Shown in pieces: positions 1 through 14,195 of a stretch of DNA of 64,000 nt (position 1 is the stretch's first letter; every line of letters starts with the position of its first letter). The stretch is from the NCBI GenBank assembly GCA_051362555.1, contig CM120640.1, positions 59,312,788-59,376,787 of the forward strand, in the 5' to 3' direction. Under the pieces are notes generated by a model. That model was not told where the DNA came from. It ran no database searches and worked only from the letters and a program-made list of their open reading frames with translations. Position numbers and translations under genes: made by a program. This DNA comes from Lingula anatina (lineage: Eukaryota; Animalia; Brachiopoda).

Positions 1-1332
1 TGTGAAAATAACTCCCCACCACCAAACCACCCCATCTTTTTGATACTCTGGTAGTGACTTCGGTAATAAATACCTACCTGTATACTTTCTTTAAAAGCTA
101 TCTTTAACTGTTAAGTGACCTCGGTTCGATCGTGCTTTTGGTCAACGCGACGAAAACGAAAGCAATAAACATTTCCAGTGGAAATAGGTACTCGTTCACG
201 ACAGTCTTAAGTACATTTTACGACATAAACACATATGCGTTCCAGTCGCAGGTTTATAAAGGGCCAAGTCAGATTTCCCCCCAAGATTCGACTTAATATT
301 AAAAAATAAGTTAGCAGAAAGATATGTAGCAAGGTTAAACATACTGCATATTTTACCTGTTACAGCTATGTTAATCTCGATTTTTGTGTTAGATAGGTAG
401 GCCCCTAATACACTGTCACCCAGCGATATTTTCGGTTGTGGAGAGGAGGGGGGGGGGGGGGGGGAACGCATGTGTAGATAGATTCCCATGGATAGTGGTA
501 GAGCTTAATGGGTAATACCAATACTTGCAGTCAGCAATGCATTCGCCTCGGGAGTTTTATGGGTTAACGAATTCGGAACCAGCGATCGGGAATACATGTA
601 GTGGGTGAGTGGGCCCCCTAAGATCGACCCTTTTTTTTTCTGCGCGGGATTTAAAAAAGGGGAGAGCATCCCCCTCGCTCCCCCTACCTCTGGTTCCCAC
701 GCTACGATTCACTTTAACAGCCGGAGTAAAGAAAATACTTGGGAACACCGAGTCTTCGGAACAATAATGCATAATGCATTTTCATGAAAATGCCTTCAAA
801 AATTTTGGACCTACGAATCTTTGGAATAAAAATGCTGTGGGATACCGTTTTTAGTCCGCTGTTTTGATAATTCTTTTCGACAGCTCCAACTCATAATGGT
901 TGATGTTCACTTTCAATAGCTCGACTGTTCCATTACGTCCGACAATTAATATCTTAGAACATGTTTACAGTGAGCGGTACATCAAACTGGTTCACTTCAC
1001 TTTGAGAAAACGGACAATCCTATAGGATGGCTATTACGTATACGAGTCACAAAACGGTGGCCTGAGCTCGACATTTTCAATATTAATTAACTCAACTAAA
1101 TTTGTGGAGAACTGGTAAAAAGATTAAACCCCCTGTTGCGTGTTAAGGTTTTAGGATCTCTCATAGTGGACCGGTCCAGTTAAATGTACCACACGATATA
1201 GAGAATCTGGCTTAAACACATCTCACGGTAGAATATATCCAAACTTCCATATAACTTCTTGATGAACTTTTTTCAAACACTCAATCGATCATTAAACTTA
1301 GTAAAATACAGGCACTGATGTTACAAAGATGT

Positions 1333-1708
1333 TTTATTTTTTCTATAAAACGATGCATATATATCACGTTCGACTTTGCACATTAATGGTCAAACTAGAT
1401 ATCCTAGTACATTACTCACATGTAACACAAGTAACTCTTATGTCCAAGATATGCCTTTCTTCAGAGCAGTTTTGATAAATGTCATGATTTATTGGCGTTG
1501 TGTATAGCTTTTAAATCAAGGTAAACGCCTGACGAAACAACTGTTCATATTTAAGACAGAAAAAAGTAAAGGGAATGGAGCGTTCTATAAAGCCAAATAT
1601 GGCGTCTAGCTGTTAAAAGGAAACTTAACTTCCAAGAAAATTCAGGACAAGTATTAATTAAACAGACGAAGAGCGTATAGAGTGCAGCTAAGCCACTCCA
1701 ATTTTATT
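1333..1708 (-). promoter_or_regulatory. Candidate poly(A) signals in the 3'UTR
   Basis: AATAAA on minus strand at 1708-1703, 1493-1488 and 1338-1333; cannot tell which is used. Confidence 0.3.
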
Positions 1709-2113
1709 CTTATATTCTGTATATCCTCACGATCGAGGACAAATTATAATCGCTCGATATCCAATGAAGGTACTGCTGCATTGCCCTTAAAAAATAAATT
1801 GCAACGTTCTACATGTACTTCACAATAATACTGTACACTTTAAACCATGGCCTTTCCACGACAAAATAGCTGAAATGTGATCACTGTGATGCATCATCAT
1901 TAGTTTTATACTTCTTAGTCTAAACAATAAAGTACTGGTAGACATCTAGTCTTATGTCTTAACAAAAAGGCCCAAAAAGGCCTTTCAACTTGGCCTAACT
2001 TTACCTAACTTTTGACACATATTTTTTATATGTTCTGGTACATATATTGCGTGGTCACAAAAGGGACACAAAACTTTACACTTCTCATGCCTGGCATGAA
2101 GCTGACATTCATA

Positions 2114-2688
2114 TTATACAACAGTAACGACGTCCATCGTAGGATGAGGATTGTGAGCAGCGCCGTTACTATTTTCGTGTTGCTGTTTGGGTTTCACTGC
2201 ATGATCTAAGGATTCATTTCCAGTCGTTTTTCTTTCGCCTGACACCATGCTGTTCAATTCATTGTGTTCTACTGCTAACATATGAAGCATCTCTGACGAT
2301 GTGATATGAGAATCCGTGCTTGAGATACTTGAAAGTCTCGTTCTGTTATGAGATCGACGATCAGAAGAGGCAAACTTGCCACTTCCATTCAAAGCTGAAG
2401 CCGCACTGGCACAGGATTTACCTGTAGTCTGATCGCCATTTCTGAAAGCTTTCCGTCGGTCGTGCCTGAATTTGTGTTTGTATTGAGGAGAGGAAACATC
2501 GACGTCCGAGTATCGAATGAAGCTTCGTTTGCGTTGAAAGTGACAGTGTAATATTCGTCTGAAAGCCTCCCTAAAGTCTCTGCTAGAGAAAGCATATATG
2601 ATAGGGTTCATAAGACTGTTACAGTAGCCCAGCCAGAATATGATTTTGAACAAGAGTTTTGGAATGTAGCACGAGGGGCATAAGGCGT
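2114..2688 (-). CDS. ADRA1: Alpha-1 adrenergic-like GPCR, coding exon 2 (ECL3, TM7, helix 8, C-tail)
   Basis: Acceptor TTTTATCTTTTCAG|AC at 2689/2688. Joining to exon 1 gives in-frame [47 protein letters not shown] with NPxxY; TAA at 2116-2114. 1051+575=1626 nt = 541 aa plus stop. Confidence 0.93.
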
Positions 2689-2834
2689 CTGAAAAGATAA
2701 AAGAACAGACTCGATGTTAATTCAAATTACATACTTTGTTAATAGCAGTATTATGTGGATGCATAAGGTTCTGAAAAGAAAATATAACAGACTCAATGTA
2801 AATTCAAGTGACACACTTTGTTGATTGCAGTATC
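2678..2834. repeat. Diverged tandem duplication (~83-bp unit) spanning the exon 2 acceptor
   Basis: GCATAAGGCGTCTGAAAAGATAAAAGAACAGACTCGATGTTAATTCAA at 2678 vs GCATAAGGTTCTGAAAAGAAAATATAACAGACTCAATGTAAATTCAA at 2761. Confidence 0.9.
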
Positions 2835-3257
2835 CGGTAGTATTCACCCTGAGCTTCAGAGATAACTTGAAACAAACTCTACACTTTAGCATAGCCTTGC
2901 CGTTTTAACTTACTTATACGGCAAGGCTACACTGTAGTGTAGAGGTTTGTTTCAAATTATGATATAACGGTGGTCGTATTATGTGGAGGCATACAATCAA
3001 ACTGCCGCCTTTTACCTGAAAGGATCTCCAAGAGCGTATGGAAATGCCATGCTAAATTACGAGAGACTACATTCAACATATCGTTATTCAGAGAAATTAT
3101 CATTATAAAAAATAAATATAAGCACTTAATTAGAATAGCGATCGGCGACGACGGACTTTTTAGTGCTTACATGTCAGATAAACATATTGTCGATTGTACT
3201 TGAAGCCATGCTGAACATCGGTGATATCATTTAGGAAACGCTGCAGATATCACGCTG

Positions 3258-3258
<1 letters not shown>

Positions 3259-3307
<49 letters not shown>
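3259..3307. repeat. (TTA)n microsatellite
   Basis: Directly visible. Confidence 0.98.
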
Positions 3308-3308
<1 letters not shown>

Positions 3309-3471
3309 AACATGCTACATTTATTTCTAGTCTTTTTGAAAGCTAAGTAAATTCGTTTTCGGTTTTATGCGTTGGTCTTAGATAATACTATTATCATTTC
3401 AAAATGTATTATATGTAAGTTTATCTTTTGACAGCTGTGTGCACAACGTAGCTGTATATTGCCAAAAAGAA

Positions 3472-3474
<3 letters not shown>

Positions 3475-3546
<72 letters not shown>
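3475..3546. repeat. (AT)n microsatellite
   Basis: Directly visible. Confidence 0.98.
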
Positions 3547-3548
<2 letters not shown>

Positions 3549-6021
3549 TATAATTATGCAGGCACTTACTCTGCACGAATAGCACCAGAACTATTACCTT
3601 TTTTAATGACCTGGTAGTGCCCCGAAATTAAGATGCTAGTTCGTGCGCACCAATGTATTTTGAAAAAAACCTACCTACAAACATTAAGGCTCTATACAGA
3701 GAAACAAGAAATAAACATCAATATGCCAAATAATCTCCACCAAAACACGGTAGGGCGGAGGAAACAAAAAAGGGGTACCTAGTTTTCGGAGAATCCGTTT
3801 GGTTAATGATACACAAGATCATCTGTTGACCATTACGGGAGATTGTGTGAAAAAGTGATCCCCAGATTGAAGACATACTAGAATGTAGACATATTCATTG
3901 CAGCTTATACTTGACATAACCTGGCACAACATACGTATTGCAGCAATCATGGATGGTTCCTGTCCAACAGTATCCAATAGTGACTCTCAGTATTTTCATT
4001 TAGTCAAACCGAGGCTATCAGATGGCGTTGATGTTTTTTTTCTACACTATCTTTCAGCGAGTATTTTTCTGTGAGCCAGACGCCGACCTCTGCTTTTCTT
4101 CATACTAATACAATTGCTTATAATAAGAACTAAAACTTGCTTAAGTATTCGACTTTGATGGCTTTTAGAAACCCTATAAACAGGTTCCACAATCTATCTG
4201 TCAAGGACATAATGATGCTCTGAACTGTTCGCATGCACGCCACGTTAAGGCCTCTTGGAAATGTCTTCGTAATGAAGACTGCCGACACGCCTTAAAGGGA
4301 GATCGATACGTTAGGCTTTTTTTCCTTATCCGCTAAGATAATGCAAAAAAAATGTTGTGAGATAATATTGTCACTTCAAAACTAGATCAGGTGAACTTGC
4401 TAACTCGAGCTAATGACGCAACAGCGCCGTTTTTGAGGTGAAAATCGAAATAATGAATACCTCTGATTTTACCAGTAAAGAGTAAATAATGTATTGTTTA
4501 TAATGGGACATCGTAATTGGGAGCTCATTTCTCCTTAGAAACATTATAAAACCAAACGCTGGCACCAGATGGTGGTTTGCACACCCTAGCCATCAACCAT
4601 GCCAAATTCCATAACGGAGTTGCTTCTGAGACCGATCACTGGCTCACACCAGTTAACAAAGCAGCGAAATTGGCGATTAACGTTTGGCCACCCTAGAGCG
4701 GCGGGTGGTGAAAAAAGGGACATTGTGCCCAAAATGTTTATTTCTATTGCAATAATATTATGATACGTATTTCACGCAAATAAAGGAAAAGAACATTTTG
4801 TCAAATGTAGGCTTTTATCACGTACCGATACCTCTGAAGGCGTCGTATAGAGCAAAAAGTGATACACGGGTGGATTGTTATCATGTCGCGTTTGGGATGT
4901 GCCGAAATATCGAATATACAAATATATGTCTAAGTTTATTATTGCCATGGACCCGTGACGATTTTATCTGTGATAGGTCGTTGATCGAGAAGTACTCTAA
5001 GGAAGTTGCTTACCTAATATAAGGTACATGTATATATATTAGGCAATAATCCATCTATGGCAACTGACCATAGTGGTGAGTAGCAATCCAAGGGTTTTGA
5101 TTACTAGTGCATGAATCCACTCTTTGTGAACTTATCTGAGGACAATAAAAACACTTCAAACCTATGTTGACAGACAAATAGCCTTCATCAATATCTCAAA
5201 AATCATCATATTCACAGCCCCCTGTCCAACCTCGGTTTTCAGCCAGCTTGACACAGATTTAAAATAACGAGGGTTCTTGTGTCAGATCCGGCACAAGAGT
5301 CTAACGATGTCCGGAAGTCGAGTAGGCGATAAAATTGTATATCTGGAAAACCCACGCTTAATCGCAGGTTTTGACCTTTTGCTTTTTCAAGAATTGTTAA
5401 AGAGTTATGGCGAGTGTCAAAAAAGCAAGCTCAAAGTGGTTGCATACATCATATACATGTACAAAATTGCAAGAGGAAATCGTCAAAATTTCCAGAAAAT
5501 TCGTAATTCCAATGGTTTACCGCCTAAAAACAGACATTATTTGAGAACTTCATCACTTCAACACAACATAACATAACTTTCCACTACATTTAAATTTCAG
5601 CTTCATCAGAACGTATTCAATCATGGGTAGAACAATACAGTAAAACATGCAACAAACCATAAAAGTGCACTTTTTCAGAAATATCTGATTTTATTGATTT
5701 TTAACGGAACCACTGACAGTTATGGTGCCAACGGGTCTATGTCAGATGGCGACATCGATACCAACAGCGACGTCTACGGAAAAAATCGACAGTTTCAGAA
5801 TAAGTCTGAATATAAGTACATAAATAGCCTTTTTCTCTCATTGTAATAATGGCTTAGAGCCACTCTTAACTGACAAGATATTCTGCTATCATAGCACGCG
5901 ATACGTTTTTACTTTCTAAGGCTTTCAACGGCCTGCACATTTTAATTACCATTAGATTGGACCCCGCTTGTCATGAAGACAACATGCAACCTTGCGTTAC
6001 ATTTTATTTCTTACTTGTTCA

Positions 6022-6023
<2 letters not shown>

Positions 6024-6059
<36 letters not shown>
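6024..6059. repeat. poly(T) tract
   Basis: Directly visible. Confidence 0.98.
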
Positions 6060-6064
<5 letters not shown>

Positions 6065-6550
6065 GGGATTTAAACGTGGGCAGTTAATGTAGACCACAAG
6101 CGAAAGTGTCACCCTTCATTAAAAGCGCTATTAGACTACATAGAAGGTCCAACAGAGAGTAGGGGTCAACGCATGGGAACTAAGCACATATCGGAAGTAA
6201 AGATAAAGTGCTAGTGACTGGTATGACTGTACCTCTTAATGAATACAAAAATATTGCGAATATAGCAGAGATGGACCTTCGACTTTTCATGAAATGTAGA
6301 TGGCAAAAATACCAACATGTGAATATACTTTTCAGTTTGAAATGTTAGTGCTTTCACGTGCATGCCATTATAGGCCTAATGGGTGTAGCAGAAACTTACA
6401 CTATATCTATCTTGTCTTGCTTGAATGAATATTAGTTTTCATATAATATCTTGACAAAAAAATTGTTTTTGAAGTTGTAAATTAAAAAAAACTTTTTGAT
6501 TGGTGTTGTATTTTTTTAGATATCAGTTCCGTAAAAAGATCAAATGAATA

Positions 6551-6567
6551 GTGTGTGTGTGAGAGAG

Positions 6568-6614
<47 letters not shown>

Positions 6615-6632
6615 AAGAAGAAGAGAGAGAGA
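6551..6632. repeat. Compound (GT)n/(GA)n/(GAA)n microsatellite
   Basis: Directly visible. Confidence 0.97.
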
Positions 6633-9286
6633 GGCGGTCAAAGTGATTAAATCATACATCAAATTATATAGACAATAAAATCTTTAACTTTTATCTTATG
6701 CACGATTTTGTTTTAGTTTGAATAAAAATCTTTAGACGAATGGCCGTCGGTAATAACTGAATCCTCACAGAATTTCAAATCAGCAGGCGAAAAAATAATG
6801 TGGCGGCCAACCGCGTTAGCCTTTTACTGTGTCCTCATCTTAAACGAAAAACTACCACGCGCTCAATGGAAACTAATATGGTTCTCATGTCAGTTCGCCC
6901 TGCGGATGATTTAAACCAACAACAACAATGGAATAAGATACCCCGTGATTGGCAATGTATGTGTCCCTAGTGACAGAGATTAGTTTTCAATCGTTACATC
7001 TGTCAATTGCTGGGAGACCATAATATAATTGAAGGCGAAATCACTGTATCTTTCCTGCAACACACGTATGCTTTTTGTAAACTGCCAATAAGAGAAAAAA
7101 AAGATTAAAGTCGTACGTCAGAAGTTAGGTTAATTTCAGGAAATAACAAATGACAAAATAACATTGTTTGACAAGCAATATCACGAGATGATTCGATTTG
7201 TGTCTTTTTTGTTCGGAACGTTTTATAGTTTGACAGGTTACAAAATGGCGCATTTCAAATGTCATTACTACTTTTTTACTAATATTGACTACGCGTAAAG
7301 TGCGGATCATCAAGCAAATTTATCTTCAAGACGTGATTGCCTCCTGTGGCATGTTTCACATTGATTGGTGTTCATAGCTCTGTAAAAGTACACTTACTGA
7401 AAACTTTACCCACACATTTCAAGACAAGATGCATATAATGTTATAATCCATTACTATCTTTGAAAATGACATCCTTATCGACAATTGTTTACAACTTACA
7501 AAGACAAATAAATAAATAAATAAATAAATAAACCTCGTAACTGATGCAACTAAAAGGAGACGTATTGAGGTTATTTATATTCGGCTTAACTTTTATACAA
7601 TGGATCTAGCAATATGACAGGAAAACCGATTCAGCAACAAGTGAATATAGAGTGAAGGAACGTTTTTAACGCTTTAGGATCCAAGGTGGGGTGCAATAGT
7701 CAAATGACCCAATAATAACTGTAATATTGTAAACTTTTCACGGACTCTCACATCATTAACAAAGACGTGTCCTGATCGTTTTTAAAGTGCACTTTGACTG
7801 AATCATTATATGGTAATTTCCAAGAATGACGCAAGGAAAATACTGGCGACAAAAAAGTACTCGTCATTGTTGGAGTAATTTTCTGTCTTTTTGTTAAAAA
7901 ACACTCAGCTATTGAGTTGGAGTGGTATTTTTTATTAATATAAATGTACTTCGGCGGTAGATTGATGAGAAAAGAAATAAATGAACACGATAAATGGTCA
8001 TGCAGGAGTGGTTACTGAATCAAAGCAAAGTCCTGACGTTATCGCGGCATGAATGAGTTGAAAAGCGGTTGCAGGGGATATTTTGATCTGAATACGTGGC
8101 ACATGAAAGGACAAAGAATATAATTTAGGAGACTTGAAATGAATAACTGCATTTATATTATTACAAACCATTGGTTTTTGTCACTTCTTTCATTATTCAA
8201 GTAGAAACAACCTACTCTGAATCTCAACTAATTTATAAATGTCAACTTGAAAATAGTAGTACACAAAGAACAAGTAGGCAAGTTACGTTAAATTTGAAAA
8301 TCTGCGTCACTTTAAAACATTGGTAGAAAGTCTTGGAAAGGCACTAATGATATTCAGTTAAATAAGCAATGGGACACACTGCATTAATCTTCAAAGATTA
8401 CATCCTTTTCTCAATCAAGTGTACCTGGCTGATGTGTTGAGTGGCCTTCATGTAAGGCATTTAAAAAACTTATTTTCAAGAGTGCTTAATGTGAAAGCCC
8501 ATAGTGGAAACTAAATGGTTATTTTCTCAGGGTTGTACGTCAGAAACAACTATACACCATAGTCAACCTCAGTCAAAAGTGAACACAAATTCCGAACACA
8601 TCCTAAATTGATTTCGCCTACGCATCAATCTTGGAGGTCTACCAGGCGGAAGGAAGCTGGTTAAAATGTAGCTGATTGTCAGTTGGTCTCGAGGGAGCGG
8701 GGCAACGTTAGATAAGAAATTAATTACACAAAAGAGCACTTCAATCTCTTCTGGTTAAGAAAGGCGTTATAAGTTCAACAGTCCTCTGCACTGGGTATCA
8801 GTTACATAAGGCTTGCCACTAAGGATAAAATAACACAGAATCCAAGGCAACTTTTTTCTATGTAAATATTTTTGGTTGAACCAGGATTTGAATGTCCAAA
8901 GTCAGTCAGAAAACACTTCATTCCAAGTGGCGTTTTATTCCATGCCAACACTACACCTTGACAGTCGGTCCCAAAGAGTTACTAAAACCTTTAAGTCTCT
9001 TCGCCATAGTGGCACAGTACAGCTGTAGACCATAAAATAGAATATTGATACTGATCAGCAAGCACGAAACTGTATTCTATGTCCATCATAATCACGTACT
9101 AGAATTTTTTTAATGGCGTCAATTGAAATCTAAGCAAAAAAGAAGAACGAAGTGTTGTACAAATGAACTTTAATTACGATATAAGAAAATTTTGTAACTG
9201 ATATACATATTAGGCCAAATTGCTTTACGACATCACAAAGCATTACATATACCAGTTTGACTGTCTTCAAAGAGACCAAGTTTATT

Positions 9287-9510
9287 AACTCCACCAAGGA
9301 GGTTGTTTTAATTACCATTTGTCTGTTTGTTCGGCACCAGTCTAACTCAAAAAGCTTAGGATGGATTTTGATGAAATATACATGATAGGTCACAAATGGG
9401 CTCACTAAAAAGTGAAAAGGTTTTGGTCATGATTCATTCATTAATTGATGGTTAATCATTAATTAATTATTTGTCTTGGTTGAGATTTGCCCTCTCTGAG
9501 AGATTTTCTT
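9287..9510 (+). mobile_element. DINE-1/HINE-like non-autonomous element (Helentron-associated type), decayed
   Basis: 5' CTCCACCAAGGAGG hairpin, GTCT/GTTT microsatellite-like block, GGATTTTGATGAAA core and 3' TTGGTTGAGATTTGCCCTCTCTGAGAG end match the usual layout of this class. Confidence 0.6.
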
Positions 9511-9959
9511 TTTTGAAATTTCATTTGCTGTACTATTCCTATGAGGTTGATGCGGAAGACAGCAAATTGGGATGTTTGACTGAAAGTAATTACGTAACCC
9601 ATAGGACTAACATGATTGCTTTGTTTGTTCCTATCGCTTACATCGGAATACAAAAAATATAATGTGTTCGTTTAAGAAAAAAGCATTTACAGACAGCAAT
9701 TAAGATTACGAGTTCCCAGAATGGTGTATATCATTTTGAAAAAAACACTGTCTCATTACTGTTCGTAAATAAGGCTAGCTCGTTACATTGGCGTCTTCAA
9801 ACAGGCATTCCTGCTGGGAAATTGTTAAAAAAAAAGGTGCTCGGCTGTTAGTAGAGTCAAACGGCTTGAGCCTAATTAGATGTTTAAACTTAAGAGTATT
9901 AAGAGTACTAATCAAGACAGTGTTAAATAAGCTCTTGCCTGCAAAATCATTTCAGTTAA

Positions 9960-10296
9960 AGGGATAATAACTCTTTGTTTGGGCCAAAAAATGAATTTTC
10001 CTGGAGTAAACAAGAATTTTCCCATACTTACCAATGGTTAATGCATCCATTTTTACATTCAAAGTTAGTCCCTGGTTTTTTTCTAAAAAGTTTGGTTTTT
10101 TGTTAAAATCTCTTAAGAGATTTTAACAGAGTATAGCCATCAGTGGAGGTCACGTGGTCTAAAGACAAGCTCAGATATCAGAATAATAGCTATAACTGCC
10201 GTTTTTGTGGTAAAACAGGATATATTATATTTCTATGAGTTATTCACAATATTTTTATTGTGAAATATAGATCTCATACGAAGAGTTATTATCCCT
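9960..10296. mobile_element. Kolobok-type MITE (337 bp)
   Basis: Perfect 16-bp TIR AGGGATAATAACTCTT...AAGAGTTATTATCCCT flanked by TTAA on both sides (9956-9959, 10297-10300); RR...YY termini. Confidence 0.8.
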
Positions 10297-10741
10297 TTAA
10301 CGACAAAGCAGATAATTTTCTCTTAACGTGCCCACAGCAATAGCCCTGCTCACTATATGTCCTCCGATCCATGCTTTCTAGACTGTCGTTTCCGATTCCG
10401 TTTAGACGTACTTTTCATAGTTAGCAATTGAGGAATGTGAGCGTCTTTACTACGAAAATGGTGTAACGAACCAGCAGCCATGTGAAGCTACCTATTTGTT
10501 GAACGTTAGTAACCGATATGGTTAATTTTGATTAAATGAAGCTGCCGGATCATAACTTACTATGAATTAAAATCAGTGAAATCTGACACGTGCACACCTA
10601 TTGGCTGTCTAGTTGTTAAGCGGTCATTCATGAGTTTTGAAACGATACATTAATAACGTTGCTTGCGACAGCTTTGAAAGCCATTTCTGGCGTAAACTCG
10701 CCATCTCTTGCAGGGAATCGCCATAGTTCAGGTAGTATCGC

Positions 10742-11460
10742 GGTGTCTAAGGGATCTCAATAGTCTTCCAAGCCGTCTCTCTTCGTCATCATCACTCTTC
10801 GCCGGTCACCTAGGGCGCTATGAGTTATGTAACTGAACAAACCATTCGCTAAAATGTTGCAACCACAGACCATTGCAGAGGGTGCAGATTTACTATGGCG
10901 TAACAAGGTCTCACAAGTCTAAAGTCATTCCCCTTTGGGTCTGACAGGTCGAAATAGAGCCCCAGAACGTTTCCGGTTTCGTGACTTGAGGGTAATGTTT
11001 CACTTAAGAGAGAGGCAGAGGTCGGCTATTTTGTGATTGAAACCAAAGTGGGATCATTGGTCTCAAGCTGAACTTCATGCCTACTGGCGTCTCAAATATG
11101 GAGTGTCTAACGACTTTGTTGAAACTCTGTTCCAACCACAAGAGATCGACTTGCGCTGTGGCACAGAGGTTTCTTTAGGTCCCAACGCGACCATTAGCGA
11201 GCTACTTGCTACCCTGTTGCAACTAAATGTATTAGGAGCATTTTTGAGCGGTCATAGCGACATCTGAGACACATCGATGGCTGACTTGAGACTTGTGAGG
11301 CCTTGTTAAGGCACAATAAGACGTCTTGTGGTCAATGGTGGCAATTTTTGCGAGTATTAATTATAAACAGTTCTAAATTGGCTTTCACTCGCAAACCCCA
11401 AGAATGAAGAGTATCTAGAGACCAAGACGACTTTAGAAACTGCAGAGATCACTTGACACC
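10742..11460. mobile_element. Old foldback/MITE-like element with ~190-bp diverged inverted arms
   Basis: AACAAGGTCTCACAAGTCTAAAGTCA (~10901) pairs with TGACTTGAGACTTGTGAGGCCTTGTT (~11282); GGTGTCTAAGGGATCTC (10742) pairs with GAGATCACTTGACACC (~11445). Confidence 0.7.
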
Positions 11461-14023
11461 ATATTTCACTAGGTGCTTTTTCTATATCCAAAAACGCTAG
11501 ATAGCAGCATTTTAAACAGTCTGGCCAAGTATCTTAGGCCTACTTTTATTTTAAAAATGGGCATTTGACCATTTTTGGTACATAAAAACAGGACTAAACA
11601 TTAATTGTCAGGTAGTGATGGTTTGGTGAAACCGATATACCTGCATGGTTGACACAATAAATATGGTTGTTTGTGGATGTGTTTAGGTGGGGTTTACATG
11701 TCCTGCTATCAGTGATTTAATAGGTCTCATAGTGCCGTTAAGACACATACGTGTACGCAAGACCTTTAACATTGTCCTCGCGTACCCGAGGAAATCTGAC
11801 AATTTTCCAATAACAGGCGATATCAGCAACCGCATTAGGTATAGTCATCGCTTTATGAAGTCCTTTAGTCATATGAAGCATGTAGTCTTTCAGCAAGACC
11901 ACACAGACAGATCGATATTCTTTTGAAAAAATTCTGAGAAAGACGATATTTGCAACAACAAATGACCGGCCCATTGAACACCAACCGCGGTCTTACTAAT
12001 GGCATATGGTTTAGTTTAGAAGGTTTTTCAATAATCATTCTCGAATGATTTCTTTTCAACTGCCTTAATTGTTTCATCAAACAGCGACCATTTTCGTTTT
12101 TATCCTCATCATTGCTATCTTATTCTCTTTATATTATAACATATTTAAGTTATAAAAACCACTCTTGCACAAAATAAGGAAATACTTTTTTTCCTCAAAA
12201 AGGACTTATTTCAATAACAGCATGAGATTCGTTAGCGTGTATTGTGGTCAATTGGCATCAGCGTCAACACTACCGTAGTTTACATTGACAATTGCATAGG
12301 CTTACAGATGAAACTAATTATTCCTACAAACAAATCACATATCTTTCGAATTAATCATTCTAGTACTGTGCCACTGTTCACACTCATAGTATTTTTGCGT
12401 TTTTGTTTTCAAAACAAAACACGCAATGTAATACTTAAAAATGTTCGCAATAGGCCTAACCTCTTTTAATACACATTTTAAATCAAATATAAGGGCTATA
12501 CCAAGATGCATATTAATCTGATGATTTCGGAGTAAATTAGAAAAATGACAATAACCCACCACTACATGACTGAAAGTAGTGCAGTACACGCTTTTTCTTT
12601 CATTATGGTTAACTTTATTCACATTAATACTCCAATTATGCGCAATTAGGATTGTTCTGAGAATGCACAAAGAGAATGTCCACGTGTTTTAAACACATAC
12701 TATATTGGAAAAGTAATCGACTCTTAAACGACTGATGGGCAATAGTCCAAGTAGGAATTGCAAACCCCTAATTTTTTCTTTAAATATCTTTGCAATAAAT
12801 TGGGAAATTGGTGTTTTTTCAATTAACTTTGACATTGGAACGACATCAAGTATGGTATTGAAACGTCATTCATTTTCCGGAACATATGTGTGGTGTCGTT
12901 AAAGCAATCGTGTAACACTTAGATTGGGTTTGGACAGTGCAGACGGGGAGCGGTTGTAATATTGTCTACAGTAATGAAGTTTTCCTCTCCGGCCGAGGGA
13001 ATGTCCCTGCTGAGAACTTATTTCAAGGAATTCCAATAAAACGAAATGGAAACGTGCAACTTTACACGCGAAGAGCAACTGATCATGAAGATTCGGCTTA
13101 TTAACCTTCACCGAAGTTAGAGTTAATTTAGGATAGGGGACTCACTAACTATTGCTTAGAAATTGAACAGGTTTTCAAAAATCAGTTATCAATGTTTTGC
13201 AATTAACCCCCCCCCCCCCAAAAAAAGGAAAAAAAATATAACTCTTTTTAAAAAATTATCAAAAATGTGATTGACACCTGTGTGGTTGCTTTTTAAATGC
13301 ATATAAATAGCACCAGCTGTTCTTATAATGTAAATTGCACGCTCCAGTCATACCTGAAGATGTAATAACATTTCGACATCGCAATGTACCATGATAACTT
13401 ATCCACGAATATAGAAGCGCCGTGAATCAGAGAGTCGCTTTCTATTAGATATCTTAGCTCTTATGTTGAAGGATATAAACTCGATGTGTTAAAAAAAGAA
13501 GATGAATTATTCGTTTTAATGTAACAGACAATATCAACTCCTCTAACAGTCCCAGTACATTTGGAAATTTTATGTCCCGGTTCAATAGAGCGTATGCAAT
13601 GTACTGCTGTTCGTTCCTAAATTCATTTCCTTCTCTGCCCAATCAATTTCATCCATTGTACTTTATGAATATATCTTCTAATAGAAATTTCCCCCTCTGT
13701 GCAATGTTCTTTGTGGATATTTGATTGGATGAAGATAACAGCAGTCATTTATATAACTTTTATCTTTAATCAGTTCTTTGTGAGTTTTCTTGCTATTCAT
13801 GTAGCTACATGTCGTATATAAAGTTGCGGACTTACTAATACTTGCTCTTAGCCAGAAATAAACATTCATAATAGAATGTACCAACTGTCTTCGCCGCCTG
13901 AGTATGTGCAATAGCTCAGAGCATTGCTCAATGATGTGACGGGCAATGTTCATTCATGCATTGTTCATGCATTGGAATAATGGCATTAACTGATTTAACG
14001 AAATACTCGGAATAAGATTTATC

Positions 14024-14195
14024 ATTCAGAACAGCGGACTAACAGACCCGCGGATCAAATACGGCGACATACTTAATAGCTTGCCCCTGATTCCCGATTA
14101 GGCACTAAATAGATTCCCCACAGGGATTACGCAACAAGCATTCAAGTGGGTCGGCCATATTTGATGCGCGGATCTGTTAGTTCGCTGTTCTGAAT
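14024..14195. mobile_element. Short palindromic MITE
   Basis: ~45-bp TIRs ATTCAGAACAGCGGACTAACAGACCCGCGGATCAAATACGG / CCATATTTGATGCGCGGATCTGTTAGTTCGCTGTTCTGAAT; related sequence at 53360-53870. Confidence 0.85.

Noticed and set aside
2114-2653. Standalone 179-aa ORF starting 'MFKIIFW'
   Set aside because: The start is a TTG inside exon 2; the real exon begins at the acceptor at 2688.
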